A program made the position numbers and the translations under genes. This document shows positions 25,901-35,546 of a DNA stretch of 64,000 bases, one piece after another (positions within the stretch are counted from its first letter, which is position 1; every line of letters starts with the position of its first letter). The notes beneath the pieces are model-generated. The model was given only the letters and a program-made list of their open reading frames with translations. It was not told the DNA's origin and did no database searches. Source of the DNA: a virus (lineage: Duplodnaviria > Caudoviricetes); IMG/VR virus record IMGVR_UViG_3300009540_000001, positions 1 to 64,000 of that record. One strand, given 5' to 3'.

Positions 25901-27047
25901 CACCGCTGCGCAGGGCGATGCGTTCTCCGACCTGTTTCGCCTGTACGCGCAGCAGGAGTACCTGAAGCAGCGGTACGACAAGCGCAACGGTGCGGCGAAC
26001 CTCCGCTTCAACCCGTACCTGCTCCCGGGCTTCCCGGTGATGATCTTCGACAAGATGACTTCCCGCATGCACTGCGTCGGGAGTCTTCAGACGATCCATC
26101 ACTCTGGCTTCGCCTCGAGCGGCGGCTCGAGCATGTCGACGCAGATTCAGGTCTCGTACTGCCGCACGATCCACGAGTTCATCAACGACGTGCGCAACGA
26201 CGCGAACCGCTTCTCAGGGCGCGTTACGTCTGCCCCGGCAGAGATCATTCGAGAGATCCGCGTCGTCATCCAAGACCAGGACAACGCGGACAAGTTCTTC
26301 AGCCGCTTGCTCTACGGTGCAACGCCGGAGCGCCCGCGTCGTTCGGGCGGGTTGCCGGCGGTGTTCAAGTGGGATGCGGTCCTCGGGTACGCGCGCGGCG
26401 CGCAGATCGACCCGATCCGGATCAACGGCGCGTCGGTCTCGGAAGTCGAAGCCGCGCAGCAAGCTATCGAAGACGCCGCGCGCCTCTCGAGGACCGAAGG
26501 GGAAGAGGAACCGGCGAATCCGGCGGAGCCCCCGAACCGCCGCGTCGAGCACAACCTCAACCCCAACGAAGAGCTCTCGCCGAACCCTGGTCTCATCTAC
26601 TCGGACGCGTTCGACAACCGACACCTGGCCATGCAACTCGCCGCGCGCCCCGTGTGCACGCTCGAGCAGTACATTCGCTTCTGGCACGGGGGCAAGACGC
26701 TGACGGCGTTGATCAACTCCGGGGATGTCGAAGAGCCGCGCCTCGACTTCGCGTACCAGAAGGTCGACACGCTCGACATCGTGGGGCGCTCGACGAACGG
26801 GCAAAACATCTCGGGGACGGTGACGCGCGCGACGGCGATCTACTTCGGCCGCATCTTCAAGCTGCGCCCGGGGCCCGGGCGCGAGCCCGGCGAGGCGGAG
26901 CGCGGGTACACCGACCCTCCCGCCATCGCTCCTGCGGCCCAGCCCTCGGGCGTGCCGGCCGACTACCCTCAGACGAGAGCAGACTGGGACACCGTCCTCG
27001 TCGCGTATCGGAACAAGATCCGTAACCGAGTAGGACCGAGCACGTGA
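22971..27047 (+). CDS. baseplate hub protein with inserted Zn peptidoglycan peptidase domain
   Basis: Hub-like N and C regions; insert with DAHEAGVAADF...RVVW...DHANHIHVE (HxxxxxxD...HxH). Confidence 0.65.
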   Translation: MPFDPSATRSGSVFSDNPNYAGAWLVYVNGVETPTIGFEVDYGVWQIPSFRIHLIPDILIQRIGQEDRVPVQIFYLDPWATDEPTFRLLVDGEIVGWSYSSATGQRSIAFSCLAHIHLFQQLYFFYMTTVDDIVGSHDPSVLASAVAVPGLLYPYSLFHQGLLSTKSQVLEVDTTTPDTRDVPEDAQPIKAPYELVTNVIKGIISENVPANRRAVPMVNFFARHTRKVRFHNRWVRLPMLEDPEALEDRKGVFPIFAAARNDQAMLAMQRQVASQMGSSGPVWNLFEQILKMVHMEIAMIPNPACVQVALADLAPGQPQEGKIIKLLPDKANEVTTRRGVDPAAIRQRAVRLTTEVANMIAGRQPIKIETLREAGFTQVPSISEVSISVIYNKLFQTANNAATVAGVEEESTVDPMKPIRLAQHFVKPPFTFGEVPVCNVLLPSQVDSWTYDESYITQPTRIYVNDAVMTRLLRAQGANRELMLHALTVGFPEEADALMHHKVASSAANPAGDVATGGAESGRNLLLWPEEFYKGPVTARAELPSWFQFMRQFANANPPEPQTPEQIEAAALAAMARTAGQLRTAANLAAAATDAADAAAVAASARATAANPPDPALTAAATAAAAAAVTAHTNATNAEEAARTAEAALATRRSRATPTQPAAPQPPSVTGMATPTRIPGSPLASAPLNIVQPPPTVFDVAAAAAAARRNSIQGRPQSRADWPFRWIPDAETERRALAQNVRAQQNFARWEGPPEPRNLRPSPGIERLASHIASRFPAARFELLRTGLTREQVKRVIAYGRGSSVARVGTSRGRDAHEAGVAADFMIPTVNHRPDLVIGNPVANYLIANAEIFGVQRVVWARTVWEAAGLGPRGRVTLAWDNRDLTGPEAERRDHANHIHVELNQEGANLLAPFFRNGAPLSPNVQSRLTTVRYALGRVASGSGPVALPGIVTPNPPNTPAGPAPTTGHTATTSQAGTAAQGDAFSDLFRLYAQQEYLKQRYDKRNGAANLRFNPYLLPGFPVMIFDKMTSRMHCVGSLQTIHHSGFASSGGSSMSTQIQVSYCRTIHEFINDVRNDANRFSGRVTSAPAEIIREIRVVIQDQDNADKFFSRLLYGATPERPRRSGGLPAVFKWDAVLGYARGAQIDPIRINGASVSEVEAAQQAIEDAARLSRTEGEEEPANPAEPPNRRVEHNLNPNEELSPNPGLIYSDAFDNRHLAMQLAARPVCTLEQYIRFWHGGKTLTALINSGDVEEPRLDFAYQKVDTLDIVGRSTNGQNISGTVTRATAIYFGRIFKLRPGPGREPGEAERGYTDPPAIAPAAQPSGVPADYPQTRADWDTVLVAYRNKIRNRVGPST

Positions 27048-27745
27048 CAGCTGAGCTCAAGGATCGGGATCAGGTCCTCTGGAAGGCGTGGAAAGCGTCC
27101 AACACCCAGCCGGACCTGATGGCGCTGCACAAGCAGATGACGCCGGTGATTCGGCGCGAGACGCAGCGGTGGTCGGGCATTGTTCCCGCTACATTTTTGC
27201 AAAATGAAGCGAACAAGCTCGCGATCAAGGCGTTCCAGACCTACGACCCGGCGCACGGGACGGCGCTGTCGACGCACCTGGTAAACCACCTCCAGAAGCT
27301 GTCGCGCACGGCGTACGAACGGCAGTCGAGCGTCGGCGTCCCCGAGCAGAAGCGGCTGACGTTCAACACGTACCAGCGGGTGAAGTCGCAGCTCGAGGAT
27401 GTGCACGGGCGCCCGCCCACGCACAACGAGATCGCCGACCACATGTGCATCGCTCCGAAGCATCTCCAGTCGATCGTCGACCTCGTGGGCAAGCGCGAGT
27501 TCATGGAGTCGGGCGAGGGCCCGGCGTTCGCGCAGCACATGGACGACCCCGAGCTCATTCACCTCGCGTGGCACGACATGACGCCGATTCAACGGCAAGT
27601 CTTCGAGATGCGCACGGGGTACAACAACACCAAGGTCCACACGGGTGCGGAGATCATGCGCGTGACAGGTCAGAGCCAGGGGCAACTGTCGTACACCCTC
27701 GGAGGCATCAAGACGCTGCTCGAACGCGCGCAGTCTCTCAGGTAA
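27044..27745 (+). CDS. phage sigma-70 family sigma factor (FliA/WhiG-like)
   Basis: AIKAFQTYDPAHGTALSTH (region 2), GRPPTHNEIADHM (region 3), MTPIQRQVFEMRTG (region 4). Confidence 0.8.
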   Translation: MTAELKDRDQVLWKAWKASNTQPDLMALHKQMTPVIRRETQRWSGIVPATFLQNEANKLAIKAFQTYDPAHGTALSTHLVNHLQKLSRTAYERQSSVGVPEQKRLTFNTYQRVKSQLEDVHGRPPTHNEIADHMCIAPKHLQSIVDLVGKREFMESGEGPAFAQHMDDPELIHLAWHDMTPIQRQVFEMRTGYNNTKVHTGAEIMRVTGQSQGQLSYTLGGIKTLLERAQSLR

Positions 27746-27754
27746 GCTCCCCGG

Positions 27755-28981
27755 ATGCCGGATCCGACGCCCTTCGAGACCGCCTCCGCCGCCCTCACCC
27801 GCCTCGCCAACGCCCGCCGCACGCGCGTCACGGAGTACGCGAACCTCGCCGTGCGTCCGGGCGACTCGGTTGCGCCGCGACGGCTCATCAGCGACGTGGG
27901 CTTCCTTGCGGACTCGGCCTTCGGCTACGTGAACGCGCACAACGCGCACATCACCGCGCCCGAGGACGATGCCCCGCGACCGATCTCGCACATCGCCCTC
28001 GTGCCGTACGGGGTAAAGACGGACCGCGACCGCCTGCGCTCTCGCCGAACCTCGGACCGTCTCGTGAGTACGCGCCGAGGCGACCGGACCGCGCCGGGCG
28101 TGTGCACGTTGCCGAGCAACCCAACGTACGTCACGCCAGCGTACATCGACGCAGACACCTATACCGTTGGCAAGACGGACCGGGCGGTCCGCAACATGGC
28201 GACTCGTTTGCCGGGGCCCGCCCTTCACGCCCTTATCGACCGCCAGGGCGGCGTCGTCATCGGCCCCGCTATCGACTTCAGGACCATGGCAGTCCCCGAG
28301 CTCGAGGCGACGGCAGTGTTCATCGGACTCGAAGGCGCGCTCGCGATGCCAATCGGCGAGTTTCGGGCACGGTCGGGGCAGGACATCTTCGAGCTGCCGT
28401 ACACGGGCGTGCAGCTCATCGCGCTCGCGACGCTCGTCAACAAGCTGCTCACCGCGTTGCCAGGCGTCCCGCGCGTCTTCAGCCGATCGAACCCCGGGAT
28501 CAACGTCTTCGGCCCCTCGAACTTCTCCTCGGGGCGGTGGCGGGACTCTTCGATCTCCCCCTTCCAGTACGATGCGACGGACGATGCCCCGTTCCTCGCC
28601 CTCGTCAACGCACAAGGCTCCTACGACCTGGCCACCGAGATCTTCCGGCCCCTCGACGCCCCGCGCGCCGTAACCGGTCGCCGCGAAGTTCAGACCGCGA
28701 TCGGGCGCGTGGATACCGCCGGCGCACGGTCGCTCATCATGGGGGCCTACGTCGACATCGCCGCACCCGAGCGCTCCTTGGACATGATCGCGCAGACGCG
28801 CGAGCAGATCTTCGCGCACCGGCGAATGGTGTCGCATCAAGACGCGGACGAGGCGGGCTCGAGCTCCGGGCACGCAACGGCCGGAGAAGTGCTCAATCGC
28901 GTGCAGCCCGAGACGCAGAACGTGGGGCCCCACGTCTACAATTATGCGACGGGACGATGGGGTGATGACGGAGTGTACTGA
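27755..28981 (+). CDS. tail protein with degenerate N-acetylmuramoyl-L-alanine amidase-like domain
   Basis: ALHALIDRQG, FIGLEG, YTGVQLIALATLV match the amidase_2 fold; Zn-ligand His residues not seen. Confidence 0.5.
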   Translation: MPDPTPFETASAALTRLANARRTRVTEYANLAVRPGDSVAPRRLISDVGFLADSAFGYVNAHNAHITAPEDDAPRPISHIALVPYGVKTDRDRLRSRRTSDRLVSTRRGDRTAPGVCTLPSNPTYVTPAYIDADTYTVGKTDRAVRNMATRLPGPALHALIDRQGGVVIGPAIDFRTMAVPELEATAVFIGLEGALAMPIGEFRARSGQDIFELPYTGVQLIALATLVNKLLTALPGVPRVFSRSNPGINVFGPSNFSSGRWRDSSISPFQYDATDDAPFLALVNAQGSYDLATEIFRPLDAPRAVTGRREVQTAIGRVDTAGARSLIMGAYVDIAAPERSLDMIAQTREQIFAHRRMVSHQDADEAGSSSGHATAGEVLNRVQPETQNVGPHVYNYATGRWGDDGVY

Positions 28982-28989
28982 GCAAGCAC

Positions 28990-29430
28990 ATGGCGACTGA
29001 CCTCCACATCCAACTCATCCTTCCGACCCAACAACGCTACGGCTCGAACTTCACCTACGGCCCGAAGGCTTTCGTCGCCGTCGCCGGGATGCAGAAGCTC
29101 GCCGACCAGTGGCTCAAGCTGTTCATGACGCCGAAGGGCTCGCACTCTTGGCGAAGGGCCGAAGGAACGCTCTTCCCGTACCTCGCGGGATCGAACGTCG
29201 TGGACCCGGCCTCGGTGCAGGTGTCCGTGCTCGAGTACATCGAGGACGCGAACACCCAGATGAAGTTCACGCAGGGGCGCATCTTGTCGCTGCCCGCCAA
29301 CGAGCGCTTCGCCTCCGCTGAGCTCGTGCAGTTCACACAGGTCGAGGAGCTGAGCTTCGACATCTGGGTCTTGATCTCGAACACGGCACGCGAGCGCCTT
29401 TCCGTACTTCTGCCGTACGTGGCCTACTAA
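28990..29430 (+). CDS. baseplate wedge protein, gp25-like
   Basis: GMQKLADQWLKLFMTPKGS......GT; position before the J-like gene. Confidence 0.7.
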   Translation: MATDLHIQLILPTQQRYGSNFTYGPKAFVAVAGMQKLADQWLKLFMTPKGSHSWRRAEGTLFPYLAGSNVVDPASVQVSVLEYIEDANTQMKFTQGRILSLPANERFASAELVQFTQVEELSFDIWVLISNTARERLSVLLPYVAY

Positions 29431-29453
29431 CCTCTCTTACGCGGTAAAGACGA

Positions 29454-31511
29454 ATGGCCGACTACGACATCAACACCCAAGACGTGGAGAGCTCGGCGCA
29501 GCTCATCCGCGACGTCCTCCTGTCGGAGAAGCCGGAGCGGGACTACTCGGAAGGGTCCGTCGCGGGCGACATCGTCGTGGACGGGCACGCTGTGCCGTTC
29601 GCCGTGCTGCGCAACCTCATCTCGAAGGTGCAGGCGCGCCTCTCGCTCCGCGACCTCTCGAAGCTCGCGGACGACGAGGCGGTCCGGGACGCGACCGACG
29701 CCATCCTCTCGAACCTCTTCGTCACACGCACGCGCGGGGCCTTCGCACGCGGCGCGGTGACGCTTCACTTCACGCAGCGCGTTGACTCGCTGATCCCCCG
29801 ACGCACGCGCTTCTTCAAGACCGCACAGTACGTCTTCTACCTCGACTCGACGCTCGACGTACTGATCACCGCAGCCTCACTTCGCCCCAACGTGGACGCC
29901 TCGGGCGCCGTGGTCGACTACACCACGACGGTGAATATCGTCGCCGCGAACATCGGCGTCGCGTACAACCTCGACGCGGGGCGGTTCACGGCGGTCGACA
30001 ACATCTCGTCGTTCCTCGCGTACGCGGAGAACACCTCGCGCCTCCAGTTCGGCCTCGATCAGCAGTCCTCGGCGGACGCCGTGGCGACGGCCGAGACGGC
30101 GATGTCGCTGCGCGCGATGGTCAACGCGCGGTCGAACAACGCGGTGCTGCGCGGCGTGGACTCGAGCCTCGAGTCGGTGCTGACCGTCGGCTACGGCGAC
30201 CCGGAGATGCAGCGCGACCTCGCGGTTGACCCGGCGTCGGCCGTGGCGCTGCACGTGGGCGGGCACGTCGACATCTACTTGCGCACCGAGACGCAAGAGG
30301 TCGTCGAGCGCCGCACGATCAACGGACTCACCGTACGGCCCGACGGACTCGTCTCGGTCCTGCGCGACGTCAACCCCCCGCTCGGGTCGTTCATCACGGC
30401 GGGCGTAGTCCCGGGAGACGTGCTCGTCCTACGTGCGATTGTCGGGGTGTCCGACGTCTTCTTCGAGTTCATGGTCCGTGAGGTCCTCGCGAACGAACTG
30501 ACGATCTCCTCGCGCATCCCGTTCCGGGTCGCGACGGATGAGTTTGCGACGACGCCGGCGCTGACGTACTCGGTCGGGGACAACTACCCGACCTTCGACG
30601 ACAAGGTCGTGCGCGGTCCGACGACGGACGCGACGACCTCCCGCCGCTTCAAGCGCTTCAACAGCGTCTGCCTTCCGGGTCAGCCCGTGTACCGCGTAAA
30701 GACCGTGGAGATCATCGACCCGATCTCGGCGCTCGATCCGTACCGCGACCCCGAGACGGGGCTGCTGCTCTTCACGGAGCGCACGAACGGGCCCACCCTG
30801 GTCGCACCGGCCCCCGGGGACGCCCTCCCGTACTTCCTCGAAGCGTTGAACCCAAACTACACGCAGACGGCCAAGGCCGTTACGGCGCTCGAGGTGGGTT
30901 GGCCCGGCTTCGACTTCTCCGGCATGACGCTCGAGATCACGTACGAGACGCTCTCCGGCTTCAACACGCTGGCTTCGTACGTCGTCGACGACTTTCAGCG
31001 CACGTGCGGGGCGAACCCCGTCGCCAAGGGCTTTCACCCCGTCTACCTGTCTACGACGGTGACGTACCGCGCGCGTGTCATCCCGCGCAACGCCTCGGAG
31101 ATCTGGTCGGTCGCCGCGCAGCCCTACGCCGTCAACGAGACTGCGATTCGAGACGCCGTGCTCGCAGCGATCAACGACGCGACGCAGGGCGTCGTCCCCG
31201 ACGCCGGGGCCCTCGCCACAGCGGCGCAAGACGCGGACTCCAACGTCGCGGCGATCTACCCGATGACGATCTTGTACGAGTTGCTCGCGCCCGACGGCAA
31301 GGTGTACCAGTACTCGACGCCCGACGTCGTCACGCTCTTCCCCAACGACCTCACAGGTGCGAAGCTCCTGAACCCGACCGAAGTCGGCCTGCCCGCGACG
31401 GACTACCAGGTCTCTCTGGCACGGCAGCTGACGTTGCTCGGGGTCAGCGACCGGACCGTGCGGTACCTGGCGGTTGCGGACGACGTCGTTCTCGAGAAGC
31501 GTGGAGTCTAG
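29454..31511 (+). CDS. baseplate J / gp47-like wedge protein
   Basis: DAILSNLFVTR..G.FARG.V, A...G..YN, GGHVDIY. Confidence 0.75.
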   Translation: MADYDINTQDVESSAQLIRDVLLSEKPERDYSEGSVAGDIVVDGHAVPFAVLRNLISKVQARLSLRDLSKLADDEAVRDATDAILSNLFVTRTRGAFARGAVTLHFTQRVDSLIPRRTRFFKTAQYVFYLDSTLDVLITAASLRPNVDASGAVVDYTTTVNIVAANIGVAYNLDAGRFTAVDNISSFLAYAENTSRLQFGLDQQSSADAVATAETAMSLRAMVNARSNNAVLRGVDSSLESVLTVGYGDPEMQRDLAVDPASAVALHVGGHVDIYLRTETQEVVERRTINGLTVRPDGLVSVLRDVNPPLGSFITAGVVPGDVLVLRAIVGVSDVFFEFMVREVLANELTISSRIPFRVATDEFATTPALTYSVGDNYPTFDDKVVRGPTTDATTSRRFKRFNSVCLPGQPVYRVKTVEIIDPISALDPYRDPETGLLLFTERTNGPTLVAPAPGDALPYFLEALNPNYTQTAKAVTALEVGWPGFDFSGMTLEITYETLSGFNTLASYVVDDFQRTCGANPVAKGFHPVYLSTTVTYRARVIPRNASEIWSVAAQPYAVNETAIRDAVLAAINDATQGVVPDAGALATAAQDADSNVAAIYPMTILYELLAPDGKVYQYSTPDVVTLFPNDLTGAKLLNPTEVGLPATDYQVSLARQLTLLGVSDRTVRYLAVADDVVLEKRGV

Positions 31512-31513
31512 CG

Positions 31514-34500
31514 ATGTCGACGGTTGATCAGCCCGGGCGGTCCTTCGCGGACGCGCTCTCCGCTTTCTGGCCCTCGTTCTTCCGGGACTACCAGGAGGTC
31601 CGAGGGTACTACGAAGGCGCACGGATCAACTACGGGCAGCTGTATCTCGAGCTCCTCCAGTCGATCCTCGGCACGTCTCTGAAGGAGATGCCGCTGTACG
31701 ACAGGCGGTACTTCAAGCTCCTCGAGATTCGGCGAGATCAGAGCTTCTATCAAGAGGGCGCGGCGCCCGAGGACGATCGCTACGTGTACGGCGCGGACAG
31801 CGAGGTTCTCGCCGGCGCCGCGCGCGTCGCGAACCGCGTCCTGCGGCCGACCAAGGTCCTGTACGACAACTCGGATTACCAGGTAAAGAACGGCGCGATC
31901 GGCTTTCGCGAGGACTACTTCGCGACCCCGGTGCCGGGCTTCCCGATCAACTACCGCGACGTCGTCCACCCTGTGCGCTTTCGCACGCCGCTCAACGCGC
32001 TCGAGGCGAAGGTCGGTGACACGTTCCGTCTGCGGGTGCTCGGCATGGGGAACGCGATCACGGCCCGGGTGGTCGGGGTGGAGGACAAAGACCTCTTCCT
32101 GAACCCCTCGCGCCCCGAGTTCTTCCAGGACTTCTCGGTGCGCCCGACGCAGTTCTCCGTCGTCCGCCGCCCCTTCAACGACCGCGTCGTAGGCGAACCT
32201 GTGCCCGCGCACCCGGGCCTGACGGCGGCGTACAAAGCCGACACCATTACCGGGACGAACGACGTCGACTTCACCTTGAACTTCGAGTTCCTGGGGACGT
32301 GGGCGGCGACGACGGCGTACACGATCGGAGACCTGGTCAACGTCGGCGCCTTCACGCTGTACCGCGCGCGTCGCAGCCACTTCTCGGGCGTCGTATTCGA
32401 CCCGACGCAGTGGGACGCCGTCGTCGGGATGTACCTCTACGTCATCTCCGACAACCCGGCGAACGACGGGTACTACAAGATCATCGCGGACGCCGCCTTG
32501 GGTCGCGTCACCCTCGATCGCCCCTTCGTCTTTGGCGCCGTCACGGGCATCGCGGCCACGACGATGGTCTCGTACTCGGGGCTCTACACGGCGGGGGCGA
32601 AACCCGTCATGACGCTCGACCGCACGGTCCTCACGCCCGGCACCGTCCGCGTCACGGCGCGCCGCGCGCACCCGGTCGCCGTTCCTGTCGTTCGGCCTGC
32701 GGGGGAGGTCGTCGTCGAAGGCGTCGACTACCGCGTGGACTACGAGAACGGGACGCTCGAGATGCTGACGGGATGGCTCCCGGTGCAGCTCGCGCGCGCG
32801 GACTACCAGTGGCAGCGGCTCGTCGATTCGCAGTCGTTCACCCCCGCAGGCGTGTGGACGACGCTCACGCCGTACGCCGTCGGGGACGTCGTGACGGTGA
32901 GCGGCGTCGCGTACGTGTGCATCACGGCGGACCCGGGCAGCGTCTCGTTCGACGCGTCCCTCTACGCGAAGTACGCCGCGCCCTTCGCGAAGGACGTCCA
33001 GCGCGTCGAACCCACGCTCGGCATGTGGCTCGTCGACGCACTGGTCGACCACGACGCCCTGTTCGCGAACTTCGGCTTCATGCTCGACTTCAAGAAGCCG
33101 ACGAACGAGCAGTACCGGACGTTCCTGCGCGGCGTCTCGCAGCTGTTCCTCCTGGGCCCCGCGCTCGGGCGGTTCGAGAGCGCGCTGAACTCGATGGCCG
33201 GGTACCCGGTCGTGCAAGAGGACGACGAGCTCTTGCTCGCGTACGACGACGGCGTACACGCCTCGGGCGTCGCGGGCGCCGTGACCGACTCGGTCATCGG
33301 CATCGGCGGCTCCCTCGACGGCGTGGGGTACTTCACCGCGCCCACGGCGGGGTTCCTCTCGACGGACGTCGGGGCGGCTTTGCGCGTGCGCGAGGGCCTG
33401 CTCTTTACGACGTACACCGTCGTCGCGGTCTTGAACTCGACGCTCGCCCGCGTGACGCCCCCGCCGCCGCTCGTGGTGGACCTTCAGTGGCAGTACGAGC
33501 ACGTCGCGATCAACCGGCGCTTCGCGACCGACGAGTACCTCTTCACCGACGCGGACGTCGGGGCGCTGCTCACGCTGCCCTTCGGCACGTTCCCCATCGC
33601 GGCGATCGAGGCGTCGAACGCGGTCACCCTCGACGCACCCTTCGGCTTTCGCGACGCGACGGGCCTCGCGTGGTCCCTCTCGAGGACGGGCCGGCAGACG
33701 GTGACGACGTCGCGCGCGACGTACGAGCTGCCCCTCGGCGTTCTGATGCGCGCGCCGATCATCGACCCGGCCAGCGTGGGGACGCTTCGGCTGAAGGCGT
33801 TCGAACCGTTCTCGGACGCCTTTCAGGTGGTCGACTACGTGGAAGATCCCACGTGGTGGCACAACGTCTCGATCCCCGAGGAGGTGCTCCAGCAGATCGT
33901 GGAGGCGGGCGGCCGAAGGCACGTCACCCCGCGCCTGATCGAGCACGTCTACGGCGCTCTCGACACGGCGGTCTACGGCGACGTGGGCGTCGCGTACGGC
34001 GTCGATGACGAGGGCGAGCCCGGGGTGCAACGCGCGGGGCAGGCGATCTGGTTCGGCGGCGACTCGCTGGTGCTGAACTTCGCGGCGGGCGTGCCGACCG
34101 CGAGGATCAACGACGTCGGACAACACCTGAGCATCCGCTCGCCGGGGTTCGAAGGGTTCTTCCCCGTACGCACCGTGGCGATGGACGGCGTGACGATCCA
34201 GCTCGATCGCTTCCCGCCGCCGGAGTCCGTGGGCCGCGTTCCCCCGCTCTCGGTCGACGTCGAGCTGCCGCCGCTGCTCTATCGGCACACCGTCGCGTTC
34301 GTGATGATGGACCGGTTTCTGAAGTATCACGCCGTGCGCGTGCGCATCGACAAGAGCGCGAAGGTGCCGTCGGCCTTCGTGAGTGATGTGACGCGCCTGC
34401 TCAAAGAAGCAAAGCCGGCACACACCTACATCTACTTCGACAGCTTTACGGAGTTCCGGGACATCGTGCGGCTGGTCGAGACGTTCTCGGTGACGTTTGG

Positions 34501-34993
34501 CCCGCTTTACGACGAGCGCATCCGCATGGTGTATGCGTCGCTCGTATACGGCCCGCCGGCGCTGCCGAGGTACAACGACGCGTACCGGTACACGGTCGAC
34601 ACGCAGAGCTTCTCGGGCGTCCCGGGCGTCTACGCGATCGTGCACGCGCTCCCGGTAGGGGACGTCGAGTCGAACCTGGTCAAGTTCCGTTTCGACCCGG
34701 CGATCTTTCTCTCGACCGTCCCGCCGCGCCGCCCCGAAGAGGGGTTGGACTACCTGGTGAACACCGCGACGAACACCGTGGCGATTCTCTCGCCGGACTT
34801 CCCGGTTGGGCCGAACCTCAGCCACTTCTTGTACTGCGTGCGACGCATCCGTCTCGTTGGCGACCCGCTCGACCCGACGGAGACGCATCTGGTCTACGGC
34901 GGCGCCGACCCGACGACGCGCCGCGCCCCGGGACAACTCGCGTACGAGATGGGCTTCCTCGATCGCGCGGTTCAGATTACCCTTGGCCCGTGA
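31514..34993 (+). CDS. large baseplate/tail protein with two CBM5/12-like repeats
   Basis: ATG at 31514; WAATTAYTIGDLV and WTTLTPYAVGDVV; EAKPAHT motif typical of wedge proteins. Confidence 0.65.
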   Translation: MSTVDQPGRSFADALSAFWPSFFRDYQEVRGYYEGARINYGQLYLELLQSILGTSLKEMPLYDRRYFKLLEIRRDQSFYQEGAAPEDDRYVYGADSEVLAGAARVANRVLRPTKVLYDNSDYQVKNGAIGFREDYFATPVPGFPINYRDVVHPVRFRTPLNALEAKVGDTFRLRVLGMGNAITARVVGVEDKDLFLNPSRPEFFQDFSVRPTQFSVVRRPFNDRVVGEPVPAHPGLTAAYKADTITGTNDVDFTLNFEFLGTWAATTAYTIGDLVNVGAFTLYRARRSHFSGVVFDPTQWDAVVGMYLYVISDNPANDGYYKIIADAALGRVTLDRPFVFGAVTGIAATTMVSYSGLYTAGAKPVMTLDRTVLTPGTVRVTARRAHPVAVPVVRPAGEVVVEGVDYRVDYENGTLEMLTGWLPVQLARADYQWQRLVDSQSFTPAGVWTTLTPYAVGDVVTVSGVAYVCITADPGSVSFDASLYAKYAAPFAKDVQRVEPTLGMWLVDALVDHDALFANFGFMLDFKKPTNEQYRTFLRGVSQLFLLGPALGRFESALNSMAGYPVVQEDDELLLAYDDGVHASGVAGAVTDSVIGIGGSLDGVGYFTAPTAGFLSTDVGAALRVREGLLFTTYTVVAVLNSTLARVTPPPPLVVDLQWQYEHVAINRRFATDEYLFTDADVGALLTLPFGTFPIAAIEASNAVTLDAPFGFRDATGLAWSLSRTGRQTVTTSRATYELPLGVLMRAPIIDPASVGTLRLKAFEPFSDAFQVVDYVEDPTWWHNVSIPEEVLQQIVEAGGRRHVTPRLIEHVYGALDTAVYGDVGVAYGVDDEGEPGVQRAGQAIWFGGDSLVLNFAAGVPTARINDVGQHLSIRSPGFEGFFPVRTVAMDGVTIQLDRFPPPESVGRVPPLSVDVELPPLLYRHTVAFVMMDRFLKYHAVRVRIDKSAKVPSAFVSDVTRLLKEAKPAHTYIYFDSFTEFRDIVRLVETFSVTFGPLYDERIRMVYASLVYGPPALPRYNDAYRYTVDTQSFSGVPGVYAIVHALPVGDVESNLVKFRFDPAIFLSTVPPRRPEEGLDYLVNTATNTVAILSPDFPVGPNLSHFLYCVRRIRLVGDPLDPTETHLVYGGADPTTRRAPGQLAYEMGFLDRAVQITLGP

Positions 34994-35496
34994 CAGGCCC
35001 TAAGTCTCCGAATGTCATCCGATCCTCTCTGCGCCTGCGCGGAGACTTGCAGATCGACGTCCGCTACGCCGACGGCTCTCGCCCCAAGCGCACGTACGCG
35101 ATCCGCAACACCATCGTCTATGACGGGCTGAACTCCCCGCTGTACTTGTGGACACAGGACACGGGGAGTCCGACGGACTGGCAGATGACGAAGCTCGTCG
35201 CCGGGACGAACGGGATTCCTCCGACTGTGGGGGATGTTGGTCTCGGCGCTCCTCTGCTGGCCCCGACTGACCAGATGCCCCTCACGGTCGCGAACCGCAG
35301 CGTCGTGCCCGCGCTCGGGGAGCTCGTGCTCACGGCGGGGCTGTCGCTGACTCAGGGGAACGTCGTGCTTCCCTTGCAGGAGGTCGGCATCTTCATGGGC
35401 AACGGCCAGCTCTTCGCGCGGCAGATCCATCCGTCGATCGCCAAGAACGGCGCGATCACCGTCACGTACACGTGGCGCATCGCCGTCACCTCCTGA
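34990..35496 (+). CDS. tail collar/fibre-associated protein
   Basis: NTIVYDG...QGN...LQEVGIF....LFAR....I.K......YTWRI. Confidence 0.65.
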   Translation: MTGPKSPNVIRSSLRLRGDLQIDVRYADGSRPKRTYAIRNTIVYDGLNSPLYLWTQDTGSPTDWQMTKLVAGTNGIPPTVGDVGLGAPLLAPTDQMPLTVANRSVVPALGELVLTAGLSLTQGNVVLPLQEVGIFMGNGQLFARQIHPSIAKNGAITVTYTWRIAVTS

Positions 35497-35546
35497 CGCC
35501 TTCCTCCTCCCTGACGTCCCTTACGCCGTAAAGGTCTCGCACTCAC

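Noticed and set aside
31508-34936. Very long antisense ORFs (also 8000-9889, 36369-38261, 43593-46253, 50694-53405)
   Set aside because: Shadow ORFs caused by high GC3 on the opposite coding strand; the translations are Arg/Val/His-rich with no motifs.
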